A stretch of 64,000 bases of DNA from contig OY763407.1 of assembly GCA_963667425.1 (NCBI GenBank), forward strand, positions 2,009,226-2,073,225. Reading direction: 5' to 3'. The DNA comes from a bacterium (GTDB taxonomy: Bacteria > UBP6 > UBA1177 > G963667425). A program made the position numbers and the translations under genes. Positions within the stretch are counted from its first letter, which is position 1. Every line of letters starts with the position of its first letter. The notes under the pieces were generated by a model. It was not told the origin of the DNA. It saw only the letters and a program-made list of their open reading frames with translations, and did no database searches. Shown here piece after piece: positions 27,124-37,645 of the stretch.

Positions 27124-27915
27124 CTATTTGGAGATTTTAGAAAGTTTTTCAGGAAAAAGTGGAAAATCATCTCTTATTCCAAACCTGGTAAGAGCAAAAT
27201 CATATTTAACGGGATCATCAGGCATTATAAGTTTAAATGACTCTGTTATTTCCCTCGCTGTCTTTATTCCGCAATCTTTTCTCCTGGTAAATCCAAGAGC
27301 TGTCGCCAGTCTAAACATATGTGTATCAAGAGGAACCAAAAGTTTATCTGCTGGATAATTTACCCAGCCTCCCGGATCTACATCATCTTTTCTTATCATC
27401 CATCTTAAGTACAGAGAAAATCTTTTACATGCGGAATTTTTATAAGGTCTTACAATAAGATTTGAAAAATCTCCAAACTGCCATAAAAAAGAAGAAAATT
27501 TTTCCATTCGAACTGTAACATCATCATTATCATTGATATCTGAAACAAAAAGTGCCTCAAGAGATCCATATTGAGTTACAGCATGCTTAATTGCATTAAT
27601 TAGTTGGGAAATTTGAACATCTGTCGTAAATCTGTACTTAAAACCAGCAAAATCTTTCTGAATTTCAGAAAAAGAACGGGTAAGAACATAATCATATGGA
27701 GATTTTCCCATAACAGATAAAACTTTTTTCACAGCATCAAGTATCAGCATAACTCGACCATAAGCCAGCGAAGAGGCAATTAGACCAACTATTTCTCTAT
27801 CTCTTATATTTTCATAGTTATATAAAAAAACTAATGGATCAGGGTTTACAAATTCTTTATGATTATATTTAAAATAAAGTTCTTCCAAAAAATCTTTATA
27901 GTTTAATTTCTGCAT
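27124..27915 (-). CDS. TIGR02757/DUF2400-family protein
   Basis: PDPLVFLYNY, DREIVGLIASSLAYGRV, PLDTHM ... LGF motifs as I remember them for this family. Confidence 0.6.
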   Translation of the reverse strand: MQKLNYKDFLEELYFKYNHKEFVNPDPLVFLYNYENIRDREIVGLIASSLAYGRVMLILDAVKKVLSVMGKSPYDYVLTRSFSEIQKDFAGFKYRFTTDVQISQLINAIKHAVTQYGSLEALFVSDINDNDDVTVRMEKFSSFLWQFGDFSNLIVRPYKNSACKRFSLYLRWMIRKDDVDPGGWVNYPADKLLVPLDTHMFRLATALGFTRRKDCGIKTAREITESFKLIMPDDPVKYDFALTRFGIRDDFPLFPEKLSKISK

Positions 27916-28670
27916 CAGATAATTTCTCCAATAGAGATTGCGGCAGTTTTTAAGAGTGTTCCATCAATTTCGACAATTACAGAAGAAAAATCGTCAGAAA
28001 AACCTTTGATAATTGAATCTTTCCAGGAATTGCCATCTATAGAAACTTTTGCTTTTCTTTCTATCATCCATGCAAAAGAATCTTTTACTTTGTCTAAAAT
28101 AAGTTCTTTTTCCATATTAAGGGCTTGTTCAAAATTTTCTTTCAGCTTTACAGCCACATCCATTTTATTCAACTGCTGTGATACTATTTCCTGCAATCCT
28201 GAAGGTTTTAGAGGAAAGACATCTATGTTAGGAGCTAAAATATTAAACCCTATACCGGCAATATAAAATAAAGATCTGTTATGTTCCAGTGTTTTCCCAA
28301 GAAAACCGGAACATTTTCCCCCATTTACAATTAAGTCGTTTGGCCACTTCAGAAAAGAATCTGAAGATGATGCAAAACTATCAGCAGTCATTTTTACAGC
28401 AAGAGCTATTGAAAGAGGAAGGGTTTCAATAGCTTCACATTTACCAAAAAAAGAAATATAAACATTTCCTGAAGTCTGGCTATTCCATACATGATCACGG
28501 CGACCTCTTCCCGCTGTCTGAAGATCAGCCATAACTATTCCTGAAGAAACACCTTTTCCTATAAAATATTCAGCAACTGAATTTGTGGAATCGACTTCAG
28601 GATAATCATAAAAATTTCGCCATGCCCCTTCACGCATTTTGAAAAAGAAATCAGTTTCAGAAAATACCAT
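27915..28670 (-). CDS. birA: Biotin-[acetyl-CoA-carboxylase] ligase (class I, no HTH)
   Basis: QTAGRGRRDHVWNS signature, KWPNDL. Confidence 0.8.
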   Translation of the reverse strand: MVFSETDFFFKMREGAWRNFYDYPEVDSTNSVAEYFIGKGVSSGIVMADLQTAGRGRRDHVWNSQTSGNVYISFFGKCEAIETLPLSIALAVKMTADSFASSSDSFLKWPNDLIVNGGKCSGFLGKTLEHNRSLFYIAGIGFNILAPNIDVFPLKPSGLQEIVSQQLNKMDVAVKLKENFEQALNMEKELILDKVKDSFAWMIERKAKVSIDGNSWKDSIIKGFSDDFSSVIVEIDGTLLKTAAISIGEII

Positions 28671-28701
28671 AGTGTCTCCGAAAAAGAGTTAAAAGAAAGA
28701 A

Positions 28702-31185
28702 TTATGATTTGGAATTTATATTTTTAGAAAATGAAATTATATCAGAAAGACCTGTAAAATTTTTCGTAATATTACCACTTTTTATAACAAGAGAAGGAAC
28801 TGAACGAATTCCATAAATTCTTGCAAGTTCAATATTTTCCTGAGCATCTACAACTGTAACATTTTCTCTTGTCTGCAATAAAACTTCTTTAGCCTTTGGG
28901 CAGTTAGGACATGATTTGCTTGTAAAGAGCAGCACCTGTTTTTCTTCATCGTATCTAACCTCTTTAAATGGAGCCACATCCGGAGCAGCAGCTGAAGCTT
29001 CCGGCCTTATTTCCTCACATTTAGGAACAGAAACCTGTTCTGCAACAAACTGTCTTGATGTTTCAGATACCGGCTTTGAAACTGATTTATTCTGTTTTTT
29101 CATAGACGCAGAAACGACATATTCTTTTCTCTTTTCAAATTCCTGCTGTTTTCCATCATTCCAATGCTGAACAGGTCTGTAATATCCTGTAATTCTGCTA
29201 TATACTTCTGTTTTTTCTCCGCATTTTTCACAAGTATAAATCTCTCCGGCAATATATCCGCAGTTTTTACAAATGCTGTATGTTGGAGACATAGTAAAAT
29301 AAGGAAGATGAAATCTTTCTGCTATTTTCTTTACAAGATTTGCAGTATTTTCCCAGCTATCTATTTTTTCACCGAGGAAAGTATGAAAAACTGTTCCGCC
29401 TGTAAATTTTGTCTGAAGAGTATCTTCTATTTCAAGAGCTTCAAACATATCTTCCGTAAAATCAACAGGCAAGTGACAACTGTTAGTATAAAATGGAGTT
29501 TCGCTATCATTGGCAGCAGTTCTTATGTCTCTGTAGCGCTCTCTATCCATTTTTGCAAGGCGATATGTAGTAGATTCTGCAGGAGTAGCTTCCAGATTGT
29601 AAAGATTTCCTGTTTCTTCCTGATAATCGCTAAGACGATTTCTCATATAGTTAAGAACTTTTATAGTAAAATCTTTCCCGTTATCTGCATAAATAGGTTT
29701 CTTTATCCATGAAGCATTAAGACACATTTCATTGAGTCCAACTAAACCTATTGTACTGAAATGGCTGTCAAAATTACCCAGGTATTTTTTGCTGTACGGA
29801 TAAAAATCATGATCCAGAAGATCTGTAACAACTTTTCTTTTTATCTCAAGACTTCTTTTTGCCACATCCATAAGTCTGTCAAGTTTGTCAAAAAATCTTT
29901 TCTCATTTTTGGCAAGGTACGCAATTCTAGGCATATTGATAGTTACAACACCAACACTTCCTGTTTTTTCTCCGCTTCCAAAAAGTCCACCAGTCTTTTT
30001 CCTGAGCTCTCTTTTATCAAGCTGTAAACGACAGCACATTGAACGAACATCTCCGGGTTTCATATCTGAATTTATGAAATTCTGAAAATAAGGAGTTCCA
30101 TATTTTGCAGTCATTTCAAAAAGAAGTTTTGCATTCTCTGTATCCCACATAAAATCCTTTGTAATATTGTACGTAGGAATTGGATACTGAAAACCTCTAC
30201 CGGAAGCATCACCTTCAATCATAATTTCAATAAAAGCCTTGTTTACCATATCCATTTCTTTCTGACAGTCACCATAAGTGAAATCCTTCTCATTTCCACC
30301 TACAACAGCCTTAAGATTCTGCAAATCATCAGGGCAAACCCAATCAAGAGTAATATTACTGAAAGGACTTTGAGTTCCCCATCTACTTGGAGTATTTACG
30401 CCGAAAATAAAACTCTGGATACACTGTTTAACATCTTTGTATGAAAGATTGTCAATTTTTACAAATGGAGCAAGATAAGTATCAAAACTTGAAAAAGCCT
30501 GAGCGCCAGCCCATTCATTCTGCATAATACCCAGGAAATTTACCATCTGATTACACAAAGTGTGAAGATGTTTTGCCGGAGCAGAAGTTATCTTACCAGT
30601 AACACCGCCAAGTCCCATTTCTATAAGCTGTTTTAATGACCAACCGGCACAATATGCAGTAAGCATGGAAAGATCATGTATATGAAAATCACCTTCTTTA
30701 TGGGCATTTGCAATTTCATGATCATAAACTTCTGAAAGCCAGTAGTTTGCAGTCACAGCACCGGAGTTGTGAAGAATAAGCCCGCCGACAGAATATGTTA
30801 CAGTAGAATTTTCCTTTACACGCCAGTCACTTGATTTGACATAACTATTTACAGTGTTTTTATAATCTATATATGTGGATTCCATATTTCTTATCTTTTC
30901 ACGCTGCTTTCTATATAAGATATATGCCTTAGCAACATTTGTGAAACCTGTTTCTTCAAGAGTCTGTTCAACACTGTCCTGAACAGATTCTATGCCTATT
31001 TTCATATCAACTATTTTATCCTGAAAATTTGCAGAAACTCTCAAAGCAAGAAGATCAAGAATCTCTGATGTATGTGCTGTTTCGGTTGCTATAAAAGCCT
31101 TTTCTATAGCATCACGAACTTTTTTTAAATTGAATTTGACTTCTTCCTTGTCTCTTTTAATGATGATAAGTTCCACATTAACCAT
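28702..31185 (-). CDS. nrdD: Anaerobic (class III) ribonucleoside-triphosphate reductase with N-terminal ATP-cone and a C-terminal thioredoxin-fold (CPNC) fusion
   Basis: ATP-cone IIKRDKEEVKFNLKKVRDAIEKAF. Zn ribbon CKNCGY...CEKCG. Glycyl-radical motif SRITGYYRPV. Then a linker of about 70 aa and LLFTSKSCPNCPKAKEVL...SVPSLVI (redoxin fold). Confidence 0.9.
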   Translation of the reverse strand: MVNVELIIIKRDKEEVKFNLKKVRDAIEKAFIATETAHTSEILDLLALRVSANFQDKIVDMKIGIESVQDSVEQTLEETGFTNVAKAYILYRKQREKIRNMESTYIDYKNTVNSYVKSSDWRVKENSTVTYSVGGLILHNSGAVTANYWLSEVYDHEIANAHKEGDFHIHDLSMLTAYCAGWSLKQLIEMGLGGVTGKITSAPAKHLHTLCNQMVNFLGIMQNEWAGAQAFSSFDTYLAPFVKIDNLSYKDVKQCIQSFIFGVNTPSRWGTQSPFSNITLDWVCPDDLQNLKAVVGGNEKDFTYGDCQKEMDMVNKAFIEIMIEGDASGRGFQYPIPTYNITKDFMWDTENAKLLFEMTAKYGTPYFQNFINSDMKPGDVRSMCCRLQLDKRELRKKTGGLFGSGEKTGSVGVVTINMPRIAYLAKNEKRFFDKLDRLMDVAKRSLEIKRKVVTDLLDHDFYPYSKKYLGNFDSHFSTIGLVGLNEMCLNASWIKKPIYADNGKDFTIKVLNYMRNRLSDYQEETGNLYNLEATPAESTTYRLAKMDRERYRDIRTAANDSETPFYTNSCHLPVDFTEDMFEALEIEDTLQTKFTGGTVFHTFLGEKIDSWENTANLVKKIAERFHLPYFTMSPTYSICKNCGYIAGEIYTCEKCGEKTEVYSRITGYYRPVQHWNDGKQQEFEKRKEYVVSASMKKQNKSVSKPVSETSRQFVAEQVSVPKCEEIRPEASAAAPDVAPFKEVRYDEEKQVLLFTSKSCPNCPKAKEVLLQTRENVTVVDAQENIELARIYGIRSVPSLVIKSGNITKNFTGLSDIISFSKNINSKS

Positions 31186-31258
31186 GCAATCCCTCCAGAT
31201 TTGTCATTTTGTTACGAGGCGAGTATACAGACAAGCAAAGTTAAGGTCAAGAAAAAAA

Positions 31259-31307
31259 CCACTATATATTGTGTTTTCAAGACAACATCAGACACAATAT
31301 ATTGCAA
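31259..31307 (-). promoter_or_regulatory. Two NrdR-box-like palindromes upstream of nrdD
   Basis: CCACTATATATTGTGT (31259-31274) and ACACAATATATTGCAA (31292-31307), compared with the consensus acaCwAtATaTwGtgt. Start-to-start distance is 33 bp; I recall 31-32 bp as usual. Confidence 0.5.
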
Positions 31308-31366
31308 GTGACTAAAAATATTAAATTTTATTTTCATAAAAAATCTCAAAAAATTTTAAGATATCA

Positions 31367-32659
31367 TCAGGAATGCTTTTCTTCGAAACCTTCAACGCTG
31401 TAGCCTAGTTTTTCAATTTCTGAAACAATTTTTTCTTCACTTATTTTGCCAGCAACAACAACTTTGTTTTCCTTTGCATGGGCTTCAACAAAAGCTACAT
31501 TATTTAATTGAGATATTGTTCTTACCACACTTGCTTCACAATGGGAGCATCTCATTCCAGCCACATTAAAAACCACGGTTTTTGAAACATCAGAATCTTC
31601 TTCATGAGAGTTGTTTTTATGAGAATGTTTGCCATAAAACTTACCGACAATTATCATAAAAAGAAGAAATATGGCAGACGCATAATTAACATAAAACATA
31701 AAAGAAGAAGAATGTTCATGTGCTTTAGAAATCATAGAAGGCAAAACAAACCACTCCGAAGGAAGCATATTCATAATAACACCAAAAACGAGAGCACCTG
31801 CAACAATTGAAAACAGATATGTAAAAAGAGTTTTTTTACCCAATGTTTTTCCAAGCAGAATAATGGTGGCAGCATTTGTTGCCGGTCCAGCCATAAGAAA
31901 AACCAGTGCAGCTCCAGGAGAAAGTCCCTTCATCATAAGAGCAACAGCAACAGGAACACTTGAAGTCGCGCATATATAAAGAGGAACGGAAGCTATAAGC
32001 ATGATAAGCATTCCAAGAAAAGAGTTATTTATATATTCTGTGAAAAAATTCTGCGGAAGAACAGCCGAAATAAGAGCAGCAAGAAGAAGCCCTATGATAA
32101 GCCATTTTGAAATATCCTGCAGAAAATCGATAAAGGCATAATCAAAAAAAGTTTTGAATTTGCTTTTCTTTTCTGAAATGTTGCAGTGTCCATCCTCACA
32201 TGAACAAGAGGTTAAATTAAATGCCTTTTCATGATTGATATTTTCATTATCAGCAATTTTATTAGTAAGAAGTCCGCCAAATATTCCTGTAACAAAAGCA
32301 ATAAAAGGTCTAAGCAATGCAAAAGGCAATCCCAACATTGAATATGTTACAAGAATAGAATCCAAACCTGTTTGAGGTGTCGATATCAGAAAAGAAACAG
32401 TTGCCCCTTTTGATGCACCGTTTCTATTTAATGAAACACCTGTAGGAACAACACCACAGGAACATAACGGCAATGGAACACCTATCAAAGATGCCATAAA
32501 AACCGATTTTACGTTTTTCTTACCAAGAAAAGACGATGTTATGCTTGTCGGTACAAAAATTTTTAACAATCCGGCAAAAACAAGACCCAGTAAAAGATAC
32601 GGGGACATCTCTCCGGAAAGTCTTATAAATTCATTAAAAAATACTTTTATAAATTCCAC
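31367..32659 (-). CDS. SO_0444/DUF318-type permease (putative metal transporter) fused to a C-terminal HMA domain
   Basis: Multi-TM protein with PLPLCSCGVVP. C-terminal FNVAGMRCSHCEASV carries the GMxCxxC heavy-metal-associated motif. Confidence 0.75.
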   Translation of the reverse strand: MEFIKVFFNEFIRLSGEMSPYLLLGLVFAGLLKIFVPTSITSSFLGKKNVKSVFMASLIGVPLPLCSCGVVPTGVSLNRNGASKGATVSFLISTPQTGLDSILVTYSMLGLPFALLRPFIAFVTGIFGGLLTNKIADNENINHEKAFNLTSCSCEDGHCNISEKKSKFKTFFDYAFIDFLQDISKWLIIGLLLAALISAVLPQNFFTEYINNSFLGMLIMLIASVPLYICATSSVPVAVALMMKGLSPGAALVFLMAGPATNAATIILLGKTLGKKTLFTYLFSIVAGALVFGVIMNMLPSEWFVLPSMISKAHEHSSSFMFYVNYASAIFLLFMIIVGKFYGKHSHKNNSHEEDSDVSKTVVFNVAGMRCSHCEASVVRTISQLNNVAFVEAHAKENKVVVAGKISEEKIVSEIEKLGYSVEGFEEKHS

Positions 32660-32774
32660 ATTTTCCTCCTAAAATTATAAAGAACTAAATTGATAGTATA
32701 TACCTGACAAAAATAGTCAAGTACTAAATTGATTAAAAAAAGCTGTCTTTGAAATATTTTAAGGAAATTTTTTA

Positions 32775-33455
32775 TTAAAGGACAAACTTGTAACCAGTAC
32801 CATAAACAGAATCAATTATGGTTCTATTTGGAACTGATTTTTCTATTTTTCTTCTAAGATTCTTAATATGACTGTCAATTGCCCTATCATAACCTTCATA
32901 ATCATATCCCATTGCCATTTCTAAAAGCTCATGTCTGGAAAAAACTCTTTCAGGATGCGGCATCATAACTTTAAGAAGGTTAAATTCTGTAGGGGTTATT
33001 GATATTTCACTTTCTCCAATTATCAACAATCTTCTTGCTGTATCTAAAAGAATATCTCCAATCTTAATTTCAAGATCATGAAATGCTTTTTTGGTTCTTC
33101 TCAAAAGAGACTTTACTCTGGCAACCATTTCTCTCGGACTGAAAGGTTTACATATATAATCATCTGCTCCAGCATCAAGACCTATAAGACGGTCTATTTC
33201 ATCAATTCTGGCAGTCAGCATAATTACAGGTATATCAGAAAACTGTCTGATTTCTTTAAGTATCGAAATCCCATCTTTACCTGGGAGCATAATATCAAGC
33301 AAAATAAGATCCGGCTTATTAGTTTTAACAATCTCAACCACATTTGTTCCATCATTTTCAGTAAGCACAGAATAGTTTGAAGCTATCAGATAATCTTTTA
33401 CAAGATTTGCTATCTGAAATTCATCTTCAACTATCAAAATTTTTTCTTTTGCCAT
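32775..33455 (-). CDS. OmpR-family response regulator
   Basis: Receiver domain (ILIVEDE, DLILLDIMLPGKDG, K at CKPF) plus a winged-helix output domain (GTGYKF). Confidence 0.9.
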   Translation of the reverse strand: MAKEKILIVEDEFQIANLVKDYLIASNYSVLTENDGTNVVEIVKTNKPDLILLDIMLPGKDGISILKEIRQFSDIPVIMLTARIDEIDRLIGLDAGADDYICKPFSPREMVARVKSLLRRTKKAFHDLEIKIGDILLDTARRLLIIGESEISITPTEFNLLKVMMPHPERVFSRHELLEMAMGYDYEGYDRAIDSHIKNLRRKIEKSVPNRTIIDSVYGTGYKFVL

Positions 33456-34866
33456 GACTCTCTCCTTTATATAAAGGTATTTTTATGATTATTCTAAGAC
33501 CGCCCAATGGAGAAGCCGCACCTTCTATAGTTCCATTTAAAGCTTCAATATGTGTTTTACAGGTTGCAAGCCCAAGCCCGCTTCCTCCATGTTTTCTGCT
33601 CCTTGAAGAATCAACTCTGAAAAGCCTGTCAAAAATTCTGTCAATATATTCTTCCGGAACAGCAGGAGGCGTATCATCAAAAACAATAACCGCCATGGAA
33701 TCTTCTTTATAGCTGTTTACGTTTAACTGACCAGGTTTATCTGTATACCGCAGTGTGTTTTCCATTAAATTATTCACCACAGTTCTTAAAAGGTAAGCAT
33801 CAGCCAAAACGAATATATTACTATATTTATATGGTTCAGATTCGAAGCCTATGCCGGCAGATTTAAATTTTTCCTTAAAACGCTCAGCAGCATCATTTAA
33901 AAGACTGTAAACAGAAATTTCTTCAAGATTTAATGTAAGACCTTTACTCTCCGCAACAGATAAAAGATGAAGCTCATTCACTGTTTTTGCAAGATAAATT
34001 ATTTCTCCATGAAGGTGATCCATTGTTTTCATACTCAAAGGCCATACCGAATCCTGTACGGCTTCTATTTCTGCCTGCATTATAGATAATGGAGTCCTAA
34101 GCTCATGCGCTATATCGGCAATCCACTGTTTTCTCATTTTTTCGTATTTATCCAGCCGATCTGCCATTTCATTAAAATCTTTAGCAAGCATTCCTATTTC
34201 ATCTTTTCTATCCAAAGTTATCCTTGAACTAAAATCATATTCTGAAAACTTCTTTGTTGCATTTGCAAGCTTAGATACAGGGAGTAAGAAATATTTGGAA
34301 AGAAAATTGGCAATCAGAAAAGAGATAGCTATTGCTATCACTGCAACAAATATAAGTGCCAGCCCTATCTCTGTGAAAAGTTTTTTTAATGGAGGAGGAA
34401 TCATCTCACGAGCTTTGATTGAAAGCGTTCCTATTTTCTCTCCATTATATTTAAGTACTCTGGAAAAAAGCATCTTTGCATCTTTATCTTTTCCAAAAAC
34501 AAGGTTCCCGTCAGAATCCAGCAGCACTGTTTTATGAATAAAAAATCTATCATGGTCACGATTTGGCGGAGCATCATGCGGAGCCGGGAGCTTTCTTTTA
34601 AACAAAAGATCCGGGTTATCTTTCAATTTATCAAAACTTCCATGTTTGCCATAAAACATAGATAAGTTATATGCAATGCTTTTCATATTATTTTTTTCAA
34701 ATTCCATAAAATTCTCATGCGGCATTTCAGGAGGCGGAGCTTCTCTTGAAGTCACAATTGCCACAGCAATGATTATTATTACAATGACAGCTAAAGAATA
34801 AGTAAGAAATATTACAAAAAATCTCAATGTAAGCTTTGAGCCATTAAACAACTTAAGTGCAGACAT
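33427..34866 (-). CDS. Sensor histidine kinase (2 TM segments, HAMP, HisKA, HATPase_c)
   Basis: H-box IADIAHELRTPL. HAMP region IGMLAKDFNEMADRL. G-box GGSGLGLA. Overlaps the regulator gene by 29 nt. Confidence 0.9.
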   Translation of the reverse strand: MSALKLFNGSKLTLRFFVIFLTYSLAVIVIIIIAVAIVTSREAPPPEMPHENFMEFEKNNMKSIAYNLSMFYGKHGSFDKLKDNPDLLFKRKLPAPHDAPPNRDHDRFFIHKTVLLDSDGNLVFGKDKDAKMLFSRVLKYNGEKIGTLSIKAREMIPPPLKKLFTEIGLALIFVAVIAIAISFLIANFLSKYFLLPVSKLANATKKFSEYDFSSRITLDRKDEIGMLAKDFNEMADRLDKYEKMRKQWIADIAHELRTPLSIMQAEIEAVQDSVWPLSMKTMDHLHGEIIYLAKTVNELHLLSVAESKGLTLNLEEISVYSLLNDAAERFKEKFKSAGIGFESEPYKYSNIFVLADAYLLRTVVNNLMENTLRYTDKPGQLNVNSYKEDSMAVIVFDDTPPAVPEEYIDRIFDRLFRVDSSRSRKHGGSGLGLATCKTHIEALNGTIEGAASPLGGLRIIIKIPLYKGESHGKRKNFDS

Positions 34867-35075
34867 TTACCCCTCCATTTCAATTAAGAAGTATATTCCT
34901 AATTATGGATAAAAAATGTTCATAAATAGATAGTTTTAAAATTTCCATATTACTTCCTATTTATTTTCACGACCCCGCAAATAATATCTTATAAAAGAAA
35001 ATAAATGAATAATTTGGAAAAAAAAGTATATTGTAGAAAGAAAAATTGTTGTTTGTTAATTTTGGCTTTTATCTC

Positions 35076-37232
35076 ATGAAAAAAATAGAACTTTTATCTC
35101 CTGCCGGTTCTTTTGAATCGGGCTACTATGCAATAAAAAATGGAGCTGATGCAGTTTATCTCGGCGTTCAGAATTTCTCGGCACGTAAATCGGCAAGGAA
35201 CTTTAACTTTGATGAAATACGTTCATTAAAAACTGTAGCATCAGAAAAAAATGCAAGAATCTTTGCCGCATTAAACACTGTGATTGAAGAAAAAAACACA
35301 GATCTTCTTATAGAAACCATATATAATACATCAAACTGCGGGATAGATGGATTTATAATTCAGGATCCTGCAATAATTGAAATAACAAAAAAGCTGAATC
35401 TTGACATAGAGCTTCACGCATCAACACAAATGGCGGTTCATAACATTGAAGGAGCAGCATTTTTAGCAGATCAGGGAATAAAAAGAGCTGTTCTTTCAAG
35501 AGAACTTCCTCTCAAAGATATTGAGAAAATAAAAAAAACATTACCGGATCTGGAACTTGAAGTTTTCATTCATGGCGCTCTCTGTTATTCATTTTCAGGA
35601 CTTTGTCTTGCATCAGGACTTCTTTTAGACCGCTCAGGCAATCAGGGAGAGTGTGCACAACTTTGCAGAAGCTTTTACAAATGGAATAAAAAAGCAGGAT
35701 ATCCTTTTTCATGTAACGATCTGAATATGTCACAGCATATTCATGAACTTATATCAATAGGTGTTGATTCTTTAAAAATAGAAGGGCGAATGAAATCACC
35801 TGAATATGTTGCAAATGTAACAGCATATTACAGAAAACTGATTGATTCCAACTTTGATGACAGGGCAATTAAAGATACTATAAAAACTATATTTTCAAGA
35901 AAAGAAAATGATAGTTATGCAAAAGAAAGAAGCGGAAAAGAGCTGATTTCAGCAGATTATCCTGGTCACAGAGGTCTTTTTATCGGGAAGTCGGGAAAAA
36001 AGACAAAAACAACTTTTGAATTAATACCGTCAGAAAATATTTCGATAAAAGATGGAATTATGTTTTTCAAGGAACAGATAAATGAGCCTTTCCGTGTTTC
36101 CATAGAAATGCTCACAGAAAAAAGCGGAAAAGAAAGACGCTTTGCAGAAAAAGGAAAACCTATATTCATAAAATCAGAATATCTGCCTGAAGAAAATTCT
36201 CCAATATATTTAATATCAAGCAGAAACAATGATCTCAAACAAGTTTCTTCCGCATCTTTCAGATTATGGAAAAAGCCCATCAGGCTGGACATCTTTATAA
36301 ATAATTCAGAAATAATAACAAAAGCAGATGGATTTCCCCCGTTTTCAGAACAAGTAAAAACAGAAACCTCTGAGAATTCTATAGAAAATGTTATAAAAAG
36401 CATCTATATGAAATCGGATAAATCACTTTTCATACCATCAGAAATTAACATAACCTCTGAAAACACCAATATATTTATAAATCCATCGGATTTAAAAACT
36501 GCAAAAAGAAATTTTTATGAATTCCTTGAATCAGAAACAAGAAACAAAATAAAAAAAGCAATTTCTGAATTAAATACCAAAACAGATTCAACGGAAAAAA
36601 AAGAGCTTAACTCAAAAATACTATTATTCATGAGTAAAAGAGAAAACCTGAATCCTGTTAACAAAATAAATAATTCAGAAAGCAGAGAAATACCTTTTAT
36701 TACACATCAAAATCTTAAAGATATAAATACCATTTCCAATTATATGGGAACTTTTTTTCTCCCTCTTATTCCAGTAATCTATTCAGATGAAAATTATCTA
36801 GATAAAATAAAAAAACTTTTAGAACAAAACCCTGATAAGAACTTTATACTGGGATTAAACAATATCGGACATCTTAATTTTGCCAATAAAGTGTCATCAT
36901 TAAATAACGTTTCTTTTTTTATAGATTTTTATCTCTATATTGCAAACAGATTTTCGGCAAACTATTACACTAAACAATCGCCTAAAATTGTTGCAGCTTA
37001 CAAATGGCTTGAAAAAAAATCTGATTTTTATTCTGAAATTCCTCTGATTGAAACAGGTAAAACATTTAACCCGCCTCTGTTTTTATCTGTCGGATGTTTT
37101 CGGAAACATAATGAAGACGGATGTGCAAACTGTTTAAAATCCTATGCATACAATATAGATGGAGACAAATTCAGATTCAGAATAATTGGCAAAGAGTGTA
37201 AAACATATTTATTTAAGGAAACACAAAAATGA
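35076..37232 (+). CDS. U32-family peptidase-like protein with long C-terminal extension
   Basis: [53 protein letters not shown]. Confidence 0.85.
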   Translation: MKKIELLSPAGSFESGYYAIKNGADAVYLGVQNFSARKSARNFNFDEIRSLKTVASEKNARIFAALNTVIEEKNTDLLIETIYNTSNCGIDGFIIQDPAIIEITKKLNLDIELHASTQMAVHNIEGAAFLADQGIKRAVLSRELPLKDIEKIKKTLPDLELEVFIHGALCYSFSGLCLASGLLLDRSGNQGECAQLCRSFYKWNKKAGYPFSCNDLNMSQHIHELISIGVDSLKIEGRMKSPEYVANVTAYYRKLIDSNFDDRAIKDTIKTIFSRKENDSYAKERSGKELISADYPGHRGLFIGKSGKKTKTTFELIPSENISIKDGIMFFKEQINEPFRVSIEMLTEKSGKERRFAEKGKPIFIKSEYLPEENSPIYLISSRNNDLKQVSSASFRLWKKPIRLDIFINNSEIITKADGFPPFSEQVKTETSENSIENVIKSIYMKSDKSLFIPSEINITSENTNIFINPSDLKTAKRNFYEFLESETRNKIKKAISELNTKTDSTEKKELNSKILLFMSKRENLNPVNKINNSESREIPFITHQNLKDINTISNYMGTFFLPLIPVIYSDENYLDKIKKLLEQNPDKNFILGLNNIGHLNFANKVSSLNNVSFFIDFYLYIANRFSANYYTKQSPKIVAAYKWLEKKSDFYSEIPLIETGKTFNPPLFLSVGCFRKHNEDGCANCLKSYAYNIDGDKFRFRIIGKECKTYLFKETQK

Positions 37233-37645
37233 AAAGTTATAGAAAAGAATTATGGTTCAACACATCAAAAAGACGTGATTACATAAATATAACACACACA
37301 GTTCAGGAAGAACTTAATAAAAGTGGAATCAGGGAAGGATTATGTCTTGTAAATGCAATGCATATAACAGCTTCAATTTTTATCAATGATGATGAATCGG
37401 GGCTTCACTCTGATTTTGAAAAATGGCTTGAAAACCTGGCTCCCGAGAAACCATACTCACAATACAATCATAACGGATATGAAGATAATGCGGACGCGCA
37501 CTTAAAACGTCAGATAATGGGCAGAGAATGTGTTGTTGCCATTACAGATGGAAAACTGGACCTGGGGCCATGGGAACAGATTTTTTACGGTGAATTTGAC
37601 GGGATGAGAAAAAAACGTGTTTTACTAAAAATTATTGGAGAATAA
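37229..37645 (+). CDS. yjbQ: YjbQ/UPF0047-family protein (secondary thiamine-phosphate synthase family)
   Basis: 138 aa. Has [22 protein letters not shown] and [18 protein letters not shown] overlap with the U32 gene. Confidence 0.8.
   Translation: MKSYRKELWFNTSKRRDYINITHTVQEELNKSGIREGLCLVNAMHITASIFINDDESGLHSDFEKWLENLAPEKPYSQYNHNGYEDNADAHLKRQIMGRECVVAITDGKLDLGPWEQIFYGEFDGMRKKRVLLKIIGE

Noticed and set aside
35966-36403. Antisense ORFs of at least 100 aa inside well-supported genes. Others are 6194-6505, 29164-29712, 39069-39494, 52749-53231, 54162-54575, 61516-61836 and 63337-63774.
   Set aside because: All are antisense or out of frame to genes with recognisable family motifs. They lack an RBS and have skewed S/L/F/I composition, which is typical of shadow ORFs.
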